From assembly GCF_006345805.1 (NCBI RefSeq), contig NC_043009.1, positions 60,946,001 to 61,010,000 on the forward strand: a stretch of 64,000 nucleotides of DNA. Reading direction: 5' to 3'. This DNA comes from Octopus sinensis. Its lineage: Eukaryota. Positions 13,702 to 26,916 of the stretch are shown one piece after another. Position 1 is the first letter of the stretch, and every line of letters begins with the position of its first letter. A program made the position numbers and the translations under genes. The notes below the pieces were generated by a model. The model did no database searches and had not been told where the DNA came from. It was given only the letters and a program-made list of their open reading frames with translations.

Positions 13702-16549
13702 CAGGGGTCTCCAAAGTTTTCCAGCGGAGGGCCACATTGCTGAATTTTTAAAGCTACGGGGGCCAAGGTTCTAAATTATTTATTTTACCAAAATAATATA
13801 AATAAATAGTGAATTAATAATTAAAAAAGGTTATTTATTCAGTACATAATCACAATGTATATAATATCAGTAACAATTAACATGTTTTTTTTAACTTTGA
13901 TCAATAGGGGAAACATGAAATTGTTTCATTTCTGACAAAATTTTGTCCAACTGAGGTTCAAAATGAGTGGTTCCAATAACAAGCAATGCATTTAAATGTT
14001 CATCAGACAATTGTGATCTGTAGCAGGATTTTGTGTATTTCATCTTTGAAAAAGTCTTCTCACACAAATATGTGGTGCCAAAAACTGAAATGAATTCACA
14101 GGCAAACCTCCTTAAATGAAGAAATTGGTCGGATGGAAGGCATTTGTAGAATTCAATCAAATTTCCCTCTTTATATTTGTCCTTCAGGATGTCATTGGAT
14201 TGCAAATCAATAACTTCCATTTGTAACTCAGAAGGTAAGTCTCCAATAACAGAGTTAAATGGATTTTCAAAAATTCTTAGTTTTGAAGAACATGCATCAA
14301 GATCAGAAAAACGTTCTTCAAACTGTTGTTTCAAAGCTAAAATGACATCTTGAGCAAACAAGTTTGGAAATGGAGTGGCAGCTTCCTGTCTATATTTGTC
14401 ACATCGTGAAAAATGAGTAAAGCAGCTTCTTGTTAACTGACTTTCAAATAGTATTAATTTCTTACGAAAAGCTTTCACCTTTGAGTACAAATCACAGATG
14501 AGTGAAGTTTCACCTTGTATCCGTAGGTTGAAATGCATAGTTAAATCGGCTGAAAATGCTAATTTCCAGAGCCATTCACTGTCTTTGAGCAACACCTGTG
14601 AATGGTTTTTCTCATTTAAAAATATTTCAATTTCAGTTCGAAGCTCAAAAAATCTAGCCAGAATTTTTCCATAGCTAAGCCATCTTACTGAAGTATAGTA
14701 AGGTAGGTCTGGAAACTCAGCATTCATTTCCTCCAAGAAATCACGAAATTGGCGATGTTTGAGTCCATGAGATCTTATGTAGTTAACAGTGGAAATCACA
14801 GGATCTAATACAGATGATAAATCAAGATGCTTTCCACACAGTGCTTGCTGATGAAGAATACAATGCAATACCAAAGGTTTCAATCCACCGGAATTCTCAA
14901 TTACTTTGTTAATTTGCCCAACTAAGCCCTTTTTGGTTCCACACATATTTCTGCCACCATCTGTTGTTATGCATTTTAGTTTTTTCCATTCCAAATTATA
15001 CTCAGCCACTGACTTTTCCACTTCTCTAAAAATATCTATGCCTGTTGTTGTTCCATGCATGCTGTGCACAGATACAAGTTCCTCAGTAATCTCAAAATTG
15101 GCATTTATTCCTCTGATGAACAATAACAATTGGGATGTGTCTGATACATCAATTGACTCATCAAGTGCAACAGAAAAGCATACAAACTTGCTGGCTTTGT
15201 CTTTTAGCTGTGATTTAATATTTCTTTCAATATGTTCAACCCTACGAGCAACAGTGTTCGCAGAAAGACTAATTGCGGAAAATAAATCTACGTTTTCTGG
15301 ACACATTTCCTTAGCTACCTCATTCAAGCACTTTTTAATAAGTTCACCATCTGTAAATGGCTTACCTTTCTTCGCCAAAAGGTTAGCAACATGGAAGCTT
15401 GCTCTTGTTGCTCTCTCTTTTTCTACAGCCTTCTTCTTGAAAACAAACTGCATTGATGATAAATTCTTCTTTAATTTGTCAAATTTCTCTTTACGTAGCT
15501 GTCCAATGAATTGGTAGTACTGTGATGAATGCTTTTTTTCATAATGTCTCTGAATGTTGTACTCTTTAAGTACTGCAATTGTGTCGGTGCATATAACGCA
15601 TAGTGCCTTGTTGTTTGACTCTATGACAAAATAGTCTATGTTCCATTGTTCCTTAAAAACTCTACACTCAGAGTCGATTTTTCGTTTTCTTCATTGAGCT
15701 AACATTTTTACCATGGGTCGACAGATTTTGCTTGACGATATATGTAAAAGGACGAAACAAGTAAAAACAATATTCACAGGTCACTCGATACGTGCATTCA
15801 CTTCGGCAGCGACGACGACAAATGACTCACACTTGTGCACAACGAAAACGCCAAGTCTGTGCTGACTGACGGAATGCGCATCGAACTTTACTCCATGCTG
15901 ATTGGCGACTGCACCAGGATTAGAAACCACCACACAACGTCAGGCTCAACCCTCTCTATTCATCGCTCGTGAGATGTAGGTAACATCGATAAATCGATAT
16001 TTGTCTTCTTTTATTATACTAGGCACGGGACTTTTATTAACGTCATACTTGTCGTATCTGCTCTCTCGACAGTTGACGGAATAGGTTGACTTTTCTGCGA
16101 CATCAATAAAGCTAGAAATTGAATCTCTGCTTCATTGTAAGCAGCACCATCCATCTCACTGACAATCGCCTATTATCTAAGATGAATGATAGGTAGCTCC
16201 ATAGCGAAGTTAATTCATTTTATGGTGGTTCTGATGGGTCAGTTAAAACGGGGGGAGTGGAAAAGAACCTATATTTACACTAAAGTTTAGTGTATAAATT
16301 TTTAATTCGCCGGCGCAATTTAAAGACATTAATTGATGGCAAATCAATTAGCGTCGTCTTGCGTCTATTTGCTGTACTATATTTGTCAAACGTATTAAAA
16401 GGGGTGTAAAGTATATTTGTTTTTGTATGATTTCGGCAAGGCTTGTTTTTCGACATTTGTTTTATAATTTTGGAGGACAGCTCGGCGGGCCGGATTAAAA
16501 ACCTTGGCGGGCCGAATCCGGCCCGCGGGCCGTACTTTGGAGACCCCTG
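13702..16549 (-). mobile_element. Full-length hAT DNA transposon (Buster/Charlie group, SPIN/OC1/GTF2IRD2-like), 2848 bp
   Basis: Perfect 16-bp TIRs CAGGGGTCTCCAAAGT (13702-13717 and 16534-16549) and a perfect 8-bp TSD GTCCAAAT (13694-13701 and 16550-16557). It is inserted into the 3' tail of a SINE. Confidence 0.96.
13891..15714 (-). pseudogene. hAT transposase, about 607 codons, with one lesion near the N-terminus
   Basis: ATG at 15714 and an in-frame TGA at 15693-15691, then an open frame to 13891. It contains a BED finger (C-VIC...HYEKKH), ALDES, TTDGG, HCILH, RWLS and CEKTFS, so the DDE triad and CxxH are intact. LTMHFNLRIQG suggests a short in-frame deletion. Confidence 0.9.
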
Positions 16550-19279
16550 GTCCAAATGACCAAAATAAGTAACAGAAGATGAAAAAAGATATCACTAATT
16601 ATTTGGTCAAATGGGTTCCTTCTCCAGTGGTCACTAACTCCTAAATCTTCAGCAGAAAAAGGAGCCATCAAAGACATCTTTTATTCTTTCATTCATTATG
16701 TATATATATATATATATGTGAGTGTATTTGTGTGTCTATGCTTGTCCCGCCAACAACGCTTGACAACCGATGCTGGTGTGTTTACGTCCCCGTAACTTAG
16801 CGGTTCAACAAAATAGACCGATAGAATAAGTACTAGGCTTACAAAGAATAAGTCCTGGGGTCGATTTGCTCGACTAAAAGAGGTGCTCCAGCATGGCCAC
16901 AGTCAAATGACTGAAAAGAGTAAAAGAGTTCGCTTTCCATGCTGGCAAGGGTTGGACAGTTTGACTGAGGTCTGGAAAGCCAGCACTGCACCAGTCTCCA
17001 GTCTGATCTGGCAGTGTTTCTACAGCTGGATAACCCTTCCTAACACCAACCACTCTGAGAGTGTTGTGGATGCTTTTTACATGCAACCAGCACAGGAGCC
17101 AGTCAAGCGGCCCTAGTATCAATCACATTCAGATAGTGCTTTTTACGTGCCACTGGCATGGGAGCCAGTCAGGAGGACCTAATCAACTAAGCTACGCACG
17201 TGCTGTCATTAATTACTCAGGGTAGGCAGTTGGTGACATTTATGTAGTAAAACACACAAAAAAGTAACATGACTGAGTTGAAGGCAGATTTACTTTTGCC
17301 TTTATAGCACATAAAGAAAACGGTGTTGTATGAGTGTACACAGTACGTGTACTACAGCAATACTATGTGTAGCTTAAATACTGAGATTGAAAGGCAGGGG
17401 AGAATTATGCCTACCTAATCTACAAACATAAATTAAAATATTTTGCATTTTATGTAAAGTAATCAGAGTAACCTCATAATTTTATTGAATTAGGTCCATA
17501 TTTTGCCATAGAAGGAAAATGTTGCGATTGATCCATTTTATTCAAGGTAGGCACTGTCTACCTTGCCTGCCTAGGTGTCACATCCCTGAACTAAGCCCTC
17601 CTGCAAAATTCCTTGCCTCATGCCTATAATAGAAAGGATTATTATTATCATTTTCGGGATTGAGAAAGTAAGTACCAGTTGAGCAATGAGACTGATGTAA
17701 TCAACTTATTCCTTTCTCTGAAACTGCTGGCCTTGTGCCAAAATTTGAAACCATTATTATTATCATTATTAGACAAAATACTTAGTGGCATTTCTTCTCG
17801 TGCTTTAGATTCTGAGATCAAATTCTACAATGGTCTACTTTGCCAAACACCCTTTTCTGGGTCGATAAAATAAGTACCAGTCAAACACTAGGGTGAATGT
17901 AATTGGTTGATTCCCACCTCCCTTGAACTAGCTGGTCTGGTGCCAAAATTTGAAACGATTATCATTATATTTTTTATTATTGATTGCCAGCCTCGTCTGG
18001 CACCTGTGCCGGTGGCACGTAAAAAGCACCCACTACACTCACAGAGTGGTTGGCGTTAGGAAGGGCATCCAGCCGTAGAAACATTGCCAGATCAGACTGG
18101 GCCTGGTGCAGCCTTCGGCTTCCCAGACCCCAGTTGAACCATCCAACCCATGCTAGCATGGAAAGCGGACACTAAACGAAGATGATGATGATGATGATGA
18201 TGAGAGAGCAGTGTATGCCATCAAAGTGACACTGGGGTAAAATATATGAAGCCCAGTATACCCATCATGACTATCCATCTGATAAGGGTACAGCAGACAT
18301 ATGCATCACAATCATGTGCGCGACATGGTGATCTCATATCAAGATAAACAGCACATGACCTTGCAGGTGGGACTCAGAATTTTCTTCAGGTCGAGTGACG
18401 TATCCCACTCAAAAGGTCTTGAATGAGTGTTGTTTAAGGATGATGAAGAAAACACCCATGTTTTCAAAGGAGAATTATCCAAACCCCAAAGAATTCCTCT
18501 TAACACATGACTATGATGCTCCCCCACTAGTTCTGCTCGTGATCAGAGATGCACATATCGTCAGCCACTAAGGGACATGCTCAACTGGTTATGGTCAAGC
18601 AACTGACAAGCAAATCTGTGGTATTGAGCAGAATATTTACTGTAGCCCATGTTTTATACCAAGACAGAACAATATTATCATTATAATTATTATTATTATT
18701 ATTGCAACACAGAAGGAGAGTTCAGAATCCATTTTCTTCCCAAGTTGGAATTATTTCAGTTCATTGCGACTCGAATGTTGAAGTCGATAATTGGTTAAAT
18801 ATTCCTCTATCATGCGATACAGCCTAATATATATATACATACACATCATACGCCACTGCTCCTTGAACATGAAGAAATCGTATGACAAGATAACAGAAAT
18901 ATAACGAAAATATTCTGAGATATTTTAAAGCAAGAATCATCAGTAAAATTTGGAAAACATGAAAACTGAATAATAAATATGCTATAATAATAATAGTTAG
19001 GTAATGCCGTAGAACACAAAAAAAATTTTAGGTGTGTTTGGTTTTACAAATAGGCGATCCCGACAAAATACTTAAAAGGGAGTGTATATAACTCTATCTT
19101 TTATTTTGGATTTGTTTCTGTTATTAGATTTTTATTAGTAGAAATTGCTACAGAAGTGACTCAGGGTCCTGGAGTTTCGTGTCGGCTTTCATTCATGCAT
19201 AATGTAGTAGTTAGACAAAGGGAAGTAATCGATGTAGACATGGGTGGCTGGAGAAACGAAGCAGAAGGCATTGAGAAAG

Positions 19280-19450
19280 AAAGACATGCAGAGAGGGAGG
19301 GGGAGAGAAAGGGAGAGAAGCAGGCAAAGAGAACGAGAGAGGAAGAGAGGGAGGGAAAGGGAGAGAAACAGGCAAAGAAAACGAGAGAGAAAGGGAGGGA
19401 GGGAAAGGGAGAGAAACAGGCAAAGAGAACGAGAGAGAAAGAAAGGGAAT
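19280..19450. repeat. Purine-rich minisatellite, about 3 copies of a 45-50 bp unit
   Basis: GGGAGAGAA(G/A)CAGGCAAAGA(G/A)AACGAGAGAG occurs three times. Confidence 0.85.
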
Positions 19451-19619
19451 TAAAGATAGACTGACAGATAGAGAAAGAAATTTTCATTAAAAAAAAAGAT
19501 ATATCTTGTTGCAGGGAAAGTATTAGATCCTTATATTTTTTCCAAATTATTTCATGATACACAGAAAATATTCTAATTTCATTTTCAACGAGAATAAGAA
19601 TTAAAATATGCACGCATAC

Positions 19620-20520
19620 GGTCTCTCTCTCTCTCTCTGCTGACATATTTTTTTTTAACGCCATGCGTCTCTTAGAGATGGTTTCTCGAGACGAAAACCG
19701 TAGATTAGAAGGCTTTCAACTGTATTATATACGCTGTGAGCAGTATGATATACACACCACTAAAATATTCTAAGATACACACGTGCGCTTTCTACCCCCT
19801 CCCTCTCTCTCTCTCTCTAACACAAGCATGTGCCCTTCCTATATATTCCATTTCTTTTATTTTTGAGTCCTTCTTGTCTATCGAACCTTAGAAATAAAAT
19901 GGAACAAAAAAAGAAAAAAGAAGAAAAACAGCAAGCTTCGACACGAATGCGCGCATGAATACACATTTTACAAATTTCTAATTCCGACCGCATTTTTTTC
20001 CTTACCACACACACACTCATTTTTCTTTTTTTTTTAATTCTTCCTCAGTATGTTTTATCCCTCCATCGATGCCAACGCCGCGCCGGAGCAGTGGCTCCAT
20101 TCTACATATACATTCATACACAAATTTATTTAAACCAGACCTCATTAACATAGACCCATTCGCGCACTCATTCACGCACCGACCCCAACCACAGGTGACG
20201 TCGACATAGGCCGTCCGTGCAACGAGTTGTCTCCCTTAGAACAGTTCTCACATGATTAACATTATCATATACATTAATTATCTCCGTGTGTGTGTATGTG
20301 TATTAGATTTATACACGCATAATTACACACACACACATATATATATACGCACACAAACGTACATGCGGCATACATTAAATACAGAATATATAACACTGGT
20401 TTCGAGAGAAAGCGAGAGAGCAGCTTTCCACATGACTCGACCATCAATGAATGTGACGACATCGCTATGACGTCATCGTCCTTTCATCTATGCCGCCCCT
20501 ACTATGAAAAATCCAGTCAC
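19620..20520. promoter_or_regulatory. CpG-rich, promoter-like region, possibly of an unidentified minus-strand gene
   Basis: Local CpG enrichment, a perfect CRE palindrome TGACGTCA (about 20488-20495), a GC box (GGGGCGG on -) nearby and a minus-strand donor GTG|GTAAGG at 20006/20005. Confidence 0.35.
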
Positions 20521-23121
20521 AACTAACTCTAGCTATGACATTTTCCTTTCTCATTATGAATTAGCTTTTCAGATCTTATCTTCGTTTTTTTTAATTTAGT
20601 GAAAGGTAAATTCTATTTGAAGTGAATTAATCGTTTTTAAACGAGTCAGAAATGCTTGTAGTTGTTGAACCGTGATGCAGCACACCTTTGATCAAAAGGC
20701 ATTCCAGCTGTGACCATCCCGTCTTTATCGACATAATCTAACCAAGATTACATTATTCAGCATATTCTTTTTTTTTTAAAAAAAAAAGACAGTAGGGCAG
20801 ATTTGAGGGATATTTGGCTGTTATTTCTAGCAGGTTGGGCGACCAATTACGAAGAGATTCCATTGTTTGTTGGTCATGAAGATTAAATGGAAAGATAAAT
20901 AAAGATTTCTGGGTTCACATTCTTGCACAGACACGTTGGAACGATCTGGAGAGGGTATTAATATCTAACCCCCGACTCCCCCCTATTTATATAACGGTAG
21001 GTGAAGAGAACGAGGAAAGAGAGAGAGAGTGAAAGAAAGGGAGAGAAAGAATAAGGCAGATAATATCCAGAGGCTTAGAAGGTGTCCGGATGAATTAATT
21101 TGTTACTATAATGTATGACAAATGGAAATAGATTAGACAGCAACTGTGAGATCATACTCCAGGGCAGCGTTTTGCCCTCCCCCCATGTGATACTGAACGC
21201 CTTCCTTGCAGCCTCATAAATCAGCCAGATAGCAACTGAAACGGGTAAGTAAACAAAGGCTGACACAGTTCAATGCCATCTTAAGCTGAGACTCAACTCA
21301 TTCAGCCAGAATTTAAGAAGGAAATAACTACACTACGTCTTTTAGTGTCTTACGTCATATTAGTTTTGAAACAAACATATTATGTGTGAATGTGTATGTG
21401 TGTGAGAGAGAGAGAGAGAAAGAAGGAAAGAGAAATAGAGAGAGAGAGATACAGACAGACAGACAGATCATCACCATTTAACGTCTGTTTTTCCATGCTT
21501 GCAAGGGTTGGAAGTTGCTTCTTTGAGGCAGATTTTCACGGCCAGATATCTTTCCTGTTGCCAACCGACACGTGTTTCCAAGGAAGGCAACAATTTTCCC
21601 ATGGCCAGACATGTTCCCACACAGTCCTGGAAATGAACGACACACTTTGTATGGCAGTGACACACATTTACAACTATTACGTGATGTCAAAACAAGGAGA
21701 CACAGATACTTATATGCATATACAATTGGGCTTCTTTCAGTTTCCAGCAACTAGATCCATTTACAAGGCTTTGGTTGGCCCAGGGCTATAGTAGAGGACA
21801 CTTGCCCAAGATGCCACGCAGTGGGACTGAACCCATATGTTACTGATATATATATATAGATATATCATCATCATCATCATCATCATTTAGCGTCCGTTTT
21901 CCATGCTAGCATGGGTTGGACCAATATATATTTTAAGATTTTGCTAAGGCATGGCAATACTAATAACCAGGTGTTAAAACACCACAAACATGCTTCAGAA
22001 TAAGAAGCTCCAAGAAATTAGGTGATGCACAAACTCTCAGCTCTGAATGCACTGCATCCTACAGCAGAAACAACTGTAAGCTATTGAAGTTGATTATGTA
22101 ATTACTGTTCCCTTATCCTTTATTTACTTTAATATATATATATATATTATATATATATATATATATTATTTTCAAACCAGACCAGTGTATTTTACCCTAG
22201 AAATACTTTTAGAAAATATAAATACTTATATATGTGTGTGTGTGTTTATATATAACATTTAGCATCTCGGCAATATAAAGCGTTGTCTTATAGACTGAAT
22301 ATGAAATCTGCATCTTAAAATTAATCAAAACTTTGTCAAATGTTGGTCTAGCTTTAATAGTAGTCTACTATATGACTTATAAACATACCTGAAAGATCAT
22401 TGTAGCAAAATCTTACCGGTGTGTGTGTGTATGTTCATTTAATATCTATTTTAACATTCTAGCCTAGATTTGGATAGGGAGCTATTTGAGACAAAATTTC
22501 TTCTTGTTTTCAATCCTTATGCGTTTTTAAAATAAGGAATTATTTTTTATTCCAGAAGTCTTTGAAAGCAAAATGTCAACAACAGGGATTGCCAGTATCA
22601 CTGCCACTTCATTCAACCAATGACAAGAGTGGAACATCAGTATTCACACACACACACCCTGGGTTTCCTTCAGTTTTCTGCCTACCAAATTCCCTTAGAA
22701 GGCATTGGTCAGCCTGGTGCTATAATAGAAGATATATATGGTACCATGTATTAAGATCGAACCTAAACCTGCGTGGATTAGAAGAAAACTTCTGAATCAC
22801 GCATATATATATATGTGTATTTTATGGATCAGAGGCGGAAGGACAAAGTCCATGATTATTTTCAGAGCCTCAAAAACTGATGGAAGGAAAGTAATACTCG
22901 GACTGGAAACCTGGTCCGTATGCTTGCAGCAGAGTGATCTGTGAAAGGCACCAAGGACCGAACATATGGTGTTAAACTGGGTAACGAATCAACCCTAAAT
23001 TTACAATATACAGAACTGGTAAAAAACATAACCTGAAAGTATCAGTCATGGATTATTGAAATGATACGTCAATATTTTGTCACTACATAAAGTGGTAAGG
23101 TGGCAGAATCATGAGCATAAA

Positions 23122-23450
23122 AAGCAGCGAGCTGGCAGAAACGTTAGCATGCTGGGCGAAATGCTTAGCGGTATTTCGTCTGTCTCTACGTTCTGAGTTC
23201 AAATTCCACCAAGGTCGACTTTGCCTTTCATCCTTTGGGGGTCGATTAAATAAGTACCAGTTAAGCACTGGGGTCGATATAATTGACTTAATCCCTTTGT
23301 CTGTCCTTGTTTGCCCCCTCTATGTTTAGCCCCTTGTGAGTAGTAAAGAAATAGGTATTTCGTCTGCCATTACGTTCTGAGTTCAAATTCCGCCGAGGTT
23401 GACTTTGCCTTTCATCCTTTTGGGGTTGATAAATTAAGTACTAGTTATGC
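23122..23450 (+). mobile_element. SINE family B (GAGCTGGCAGAA head, GAGTTCAAATTCC B-box, GCCTTTCATCCTTTCGGGGTCG central domain), partly tandem; also 1-45 (-), 24375-24780, 31655-31825, 40685-40865, 46410-46630 (-), 47050-47380 (-)
   Basis: Recurrent sequence on both strands with Pol III boxes and tandemly reiterated 3' halves. Confidence 0.9.
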
Positions 23451-25029
23451 ACATATCATCATCACCATCATTGTTTAACGTCCACTTTCCATGATTGTAT
23501 GGGTTGGATGATTTGACTGAGGTCTGGCGAACCAGATGGCTGCACCAGACTCCAATCCCTTTGTCTGTCCTTGTTTGTCCCCTCTGTGTTTAGCCCCTTG
23601 TGGGCAGTAAAGAAATAAGAATCATGAGCATGCTACAAAAAAATGCTTAGCAGCATTTCATCCATCTTTACATTCTGAGTTCAAATTCTGCCGAGGTTGA
23701 CTTTGCCTTTCTTCCCTTTGAGGGTTTATAAAACAAGTACCAGTTGAGCACTGGGGTCAATGTAATTGACAAACCTCCTCTCCAAAATTGCAGGCCTTGA
23801 GCCAAAATTTGAAACCAATACATTGTGGCCACTCAGCACCAGAGTCGGTCCAAGCAGCCATTGATGGAAGGGTTTAGCAATGACTGCCCCATCCTTATTC
23901 CAGACAGTGTGTATCAAGGACTCTGTTAACCAATGTATTCCTATGTTTTTTTCAAGATTAAGGTATAATTTGAGGGTGATTTAAACACAATATCTAGCAG
24001 GGCTCCATTGTCAGCTTTGCCTATATTATGTATTAAAATAATGGAGGTAAGTGTAGAATCTGTCCAGGTTCAATCCCCCGACCACCACTCCTTCTCTCGA
24101 CCTTTACTCTGACCTTTAACACTTATAGCCACCACTCTCTCTCTCTCTCTTACTATCACTCATCTTTATTTCTATACACCAATTGTTTCGACATACATCA
24201 TTCTCACTTTCGGTACTATTTTTTTCTTTTTCTTTTTTTCCAGAGCCATCTCCATCTTATTACTCTCTCTGTCCTACATCACTCATGAAGAATTTAGAGG
24301 ACATTTTAATATTGCCAAAGACAAGACAACTTCACAAGAACCAGTTCCATGACAAAATGTGCTCAGTACATAAAAGGCAGCGAGCTGGCAGAAACATTAG
24401 CACGCCGGGCAAAATGCTTAGTGGTACTTTGTTTGCCATTACGTTTGAGTTCAAATTCCAATGAGGTCTACTTTGCCTTTCATCCTTTCGGGGTTGATTA
24501 AATAAGTACCAGTTACACACTGGGGTTGATATAATTGACTTAATCCGTTTGTCTGTCTTTGTTTGTCCCCTTGTAGGTAGTAAAGAAATAGGTATTTCGT
24601 TTGCCGTTACGTTCTGAGTTCAAATTCCGCCGAGGTCAACTTTGCCTTTCATCCTTCTGGGGTCGATTAAATAAGTACCAGTTACGTACTGGGGTTGATC
24701 TAATCGACTGAATCCCATTGTCTGTCCTTGTTTGTCTCCTCTATGTTTAGCCCCTTGTGGGCAATAAAGAAATAAAATGTACCCTCTGTAAAGTTGTTGG
24801 TGTTAAGAAGATCATTGAGCTGTTGAAACCATACCAGAATGATATGTGCAAGATGTGGTCCCCCAACATCTTGTCAGGGATGGAGATGTTAGCAGTAACT
24901 TCAACCAAGAACTGACTTGGACCATAAAGATCTGTTCAACATAAGCCAGGATGGACAACAGATATAAGATGAAGATGATGAAATTAAAAGTGATGAGTAA
25001 AAATCTATATCAGATGAATAAGTTTACAA

Positions 25030-25495
25030 AATGTTTCCATCATCTCCAATGAGTTTAATATAAAACAAAAAGTCTGGAGAGATTTTGGGAGCGAGCTTAT
25101 AGACCAGTGACAAAAATGGAAGGAAAAACTGGACGGCTTCTAATTCACCATTCTTAAGGAGAATACTCAACATCAAGTGGTTGCAAAGAGTGCAAAATGT
25201 CACAAATGAGGTGACAAGTGTTAACAGTATCATGATGAAATAAGATGCAGATGTTGGAACTTGATTGGATACGTCCTCAGATAGGATCGAGAAAATGGTT
25301 GTATGGTGACACCAAAGTGGGCAGCCTGAGAGGAAAAGAGCAGCAGGGTACTCTAAAACCACATGGCAAAAGGCCATTGACAAGGAAAGGAAATGAGAAG
25401 GGTGGAGAAGCTGGAATGAGACCTGAACTGTGGCAGAAAACAGAGCTGGTTGGAGAAAGATCATGTTGTACCTCATGGCACAGAGAGAACCAACA
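25030..25495 (+). mobile_element. RTE LINE 3' fragment
   Basis: The + translation gives KLDGF, FLRRILNIKW and KTTWQKAIDKERK-EGWRSWNE...ENRAGWRKI, with stops. The 150-aa minus ORF in the track is its antisense. Confidence 0.8.
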
Positions 25496-26267
25496 TATAA
25501 TTGGGTTAGTCTATTGAAGTGATGTACAAATGGTTATGACATTCAGGTTATGGACTACTAATCATAATGAGTCTACTCTCTGTTGCACTCAATCGAGCAT
25601 GCTCCTTCAGAAATGGAATCTTCCTTTATTTCCTAATAACATTTTTGTACATGCACACCAATTTTATATATAACATACCAGACATGCACTAATTCTTTGG
25701 GGACAAAACAATGTTGTTTCTTTCAACATCGTTGCCCTCAATACAAATCAAACACTGAGCACTGGCTGGTATCACTATGTCCAATTTTTATCTCATACGA
25801 GTAACCTCCTACCAAATTCCATGCTAAGTACTTTGTCCAACCTTTACTCCTTGAACTCTCTTCAGACGTTAACCTCTAAGCCACACTAACAGGGCCCGCG
25901 AAAGCTAACAGGCCGGCACCACTCATCTACAATCCAAAATGTAAAAATTAAGAGAAAATTACTGGAAAAACCGCACAGCTGTGGCTAACCCTCATTGTTG
26001 AGTGGTAAGTAGCCAAAAAGATGATTCAAATCATCATAATCTTGATCATCATTTAATGTCTGTTTTCCATGCTGACATGGGTTGGATAGTTTGACCCAAG
26101 CTGGCAAGCAGAAGAGAGCTACATCAGGTTCCAGTTTGATTTGGCTTGGTTTCTACAGCTAGATGCTGGTCCTAATGCCAACCACTTTACAGTGGGTGAA
26201 GGGTGTTTTTTATGTGACATCGGCATGTAAAGAGATTTGCTCCAAGAAACTGAAAATATGTCTCAAT

Positions 26268-26636
26268 TTTCTGTTGTGTTTGGGGAGAGTCATTTTCTTT
26301 TTGTGCCTTATAATGTAACACACTCACCAGTAAAATTCCCACTTATTTCTTATTTTTATTTTCCTAAAATTTTCATTGCGTCTTGCAACCTTTTCAGTAG
26401 TCTTGGCTCTGTCTGTTATGCAGTGTAAATAACAGACAGTGTCAAGACTATTGAAAAGGTTGCAAGAACAACAAAAATTTTAGGAAAATAAAAATAAGAA
26501 ATAAGTGGAAATTTTACCGGTGAGTGTGTTACATTATAAGGCACAAAAAGAAAATGACTCTCCCCAGACACAACAGAACATGCTTCAACACACGAACTCA
26601 TATAAAGAATCTTGCAAATCAAATCCCAAAACGAAA
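26268..26636. mobile_element. Palindromic retro-insertion, same family as 31841-32148
   Basis: Inverted arms at about 26271-26419 and 26429-26576. The flanking 14-nt near-direct repeat AAATAT(G/T)TCTCAAT (26254-26267 and 26634-26647) is a candidate TSD. Confidence 0.85.
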
Positions 26637-26672
26637 TATTTCTCAATATATTAGCAAGAAACTGATACTTAC

Positions 26673-26916
26673 TGAGCATAAATATGAATGGAACACTCAT
26701 GAAGATGAGAGTAAGACACTGAAATTTGAACTTGGTTAAATGGTCCTCCAGGTAAAAGAAAAGCAAACCGTTCAAGATGGGACGACCATGAAAGTTCTTG
26801 CTGGGACTGAAACCAGTCATTCATTGACATCAGATTTGTCAGACGAGATTTTATGATAAATTTCCAACAGTTTTGGACGGAATTGAAGGCAATCAGTGAC
26901 CTTTTCATCTCTTCAG
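26673..26916 (-). CDS. FANCB: FANCB coding exon 7 (244 nt, phase 1/2)
   Basis: Acceptor cctttttcag|CT and donor CA|GTAAGT. Matches: SRLTNLMSMNDWF vs SPGYALNSMKVWL, PGGPFNQVQISV...ECSIHIYAQ vs PGSFYGTLFTW...EGILIIYSR. The frame is continuous with exon 6. Confidence 0.85.

Noticed and set aside
14906-15517. 203-aa + strand ORF
   Set aside because: It is the antisense shadow of the hAT transposase.
19161-19664. 167-aa minus ORF MALKKNMSAERERET...
   Set aside because: It runs through (GA)n and the purine minisatellite and is low-complexity with no recognisable domain.
21969-24350. Possible + strand exons (21969-22076, 22556-22640, 22866-22980, 24244-24350)
   Set aside because: They have splice-like signals but cannot be joined into a stop-free frame, and no protein homology was recognised.
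23090-24790. Regularly recurring motifs that could be mistaken for a CRISPR-like array
   Set aside because: These are tandem and partial SINE family B copies in eukaryotic DNA, with no unique spacers of constant length and no cas genes.
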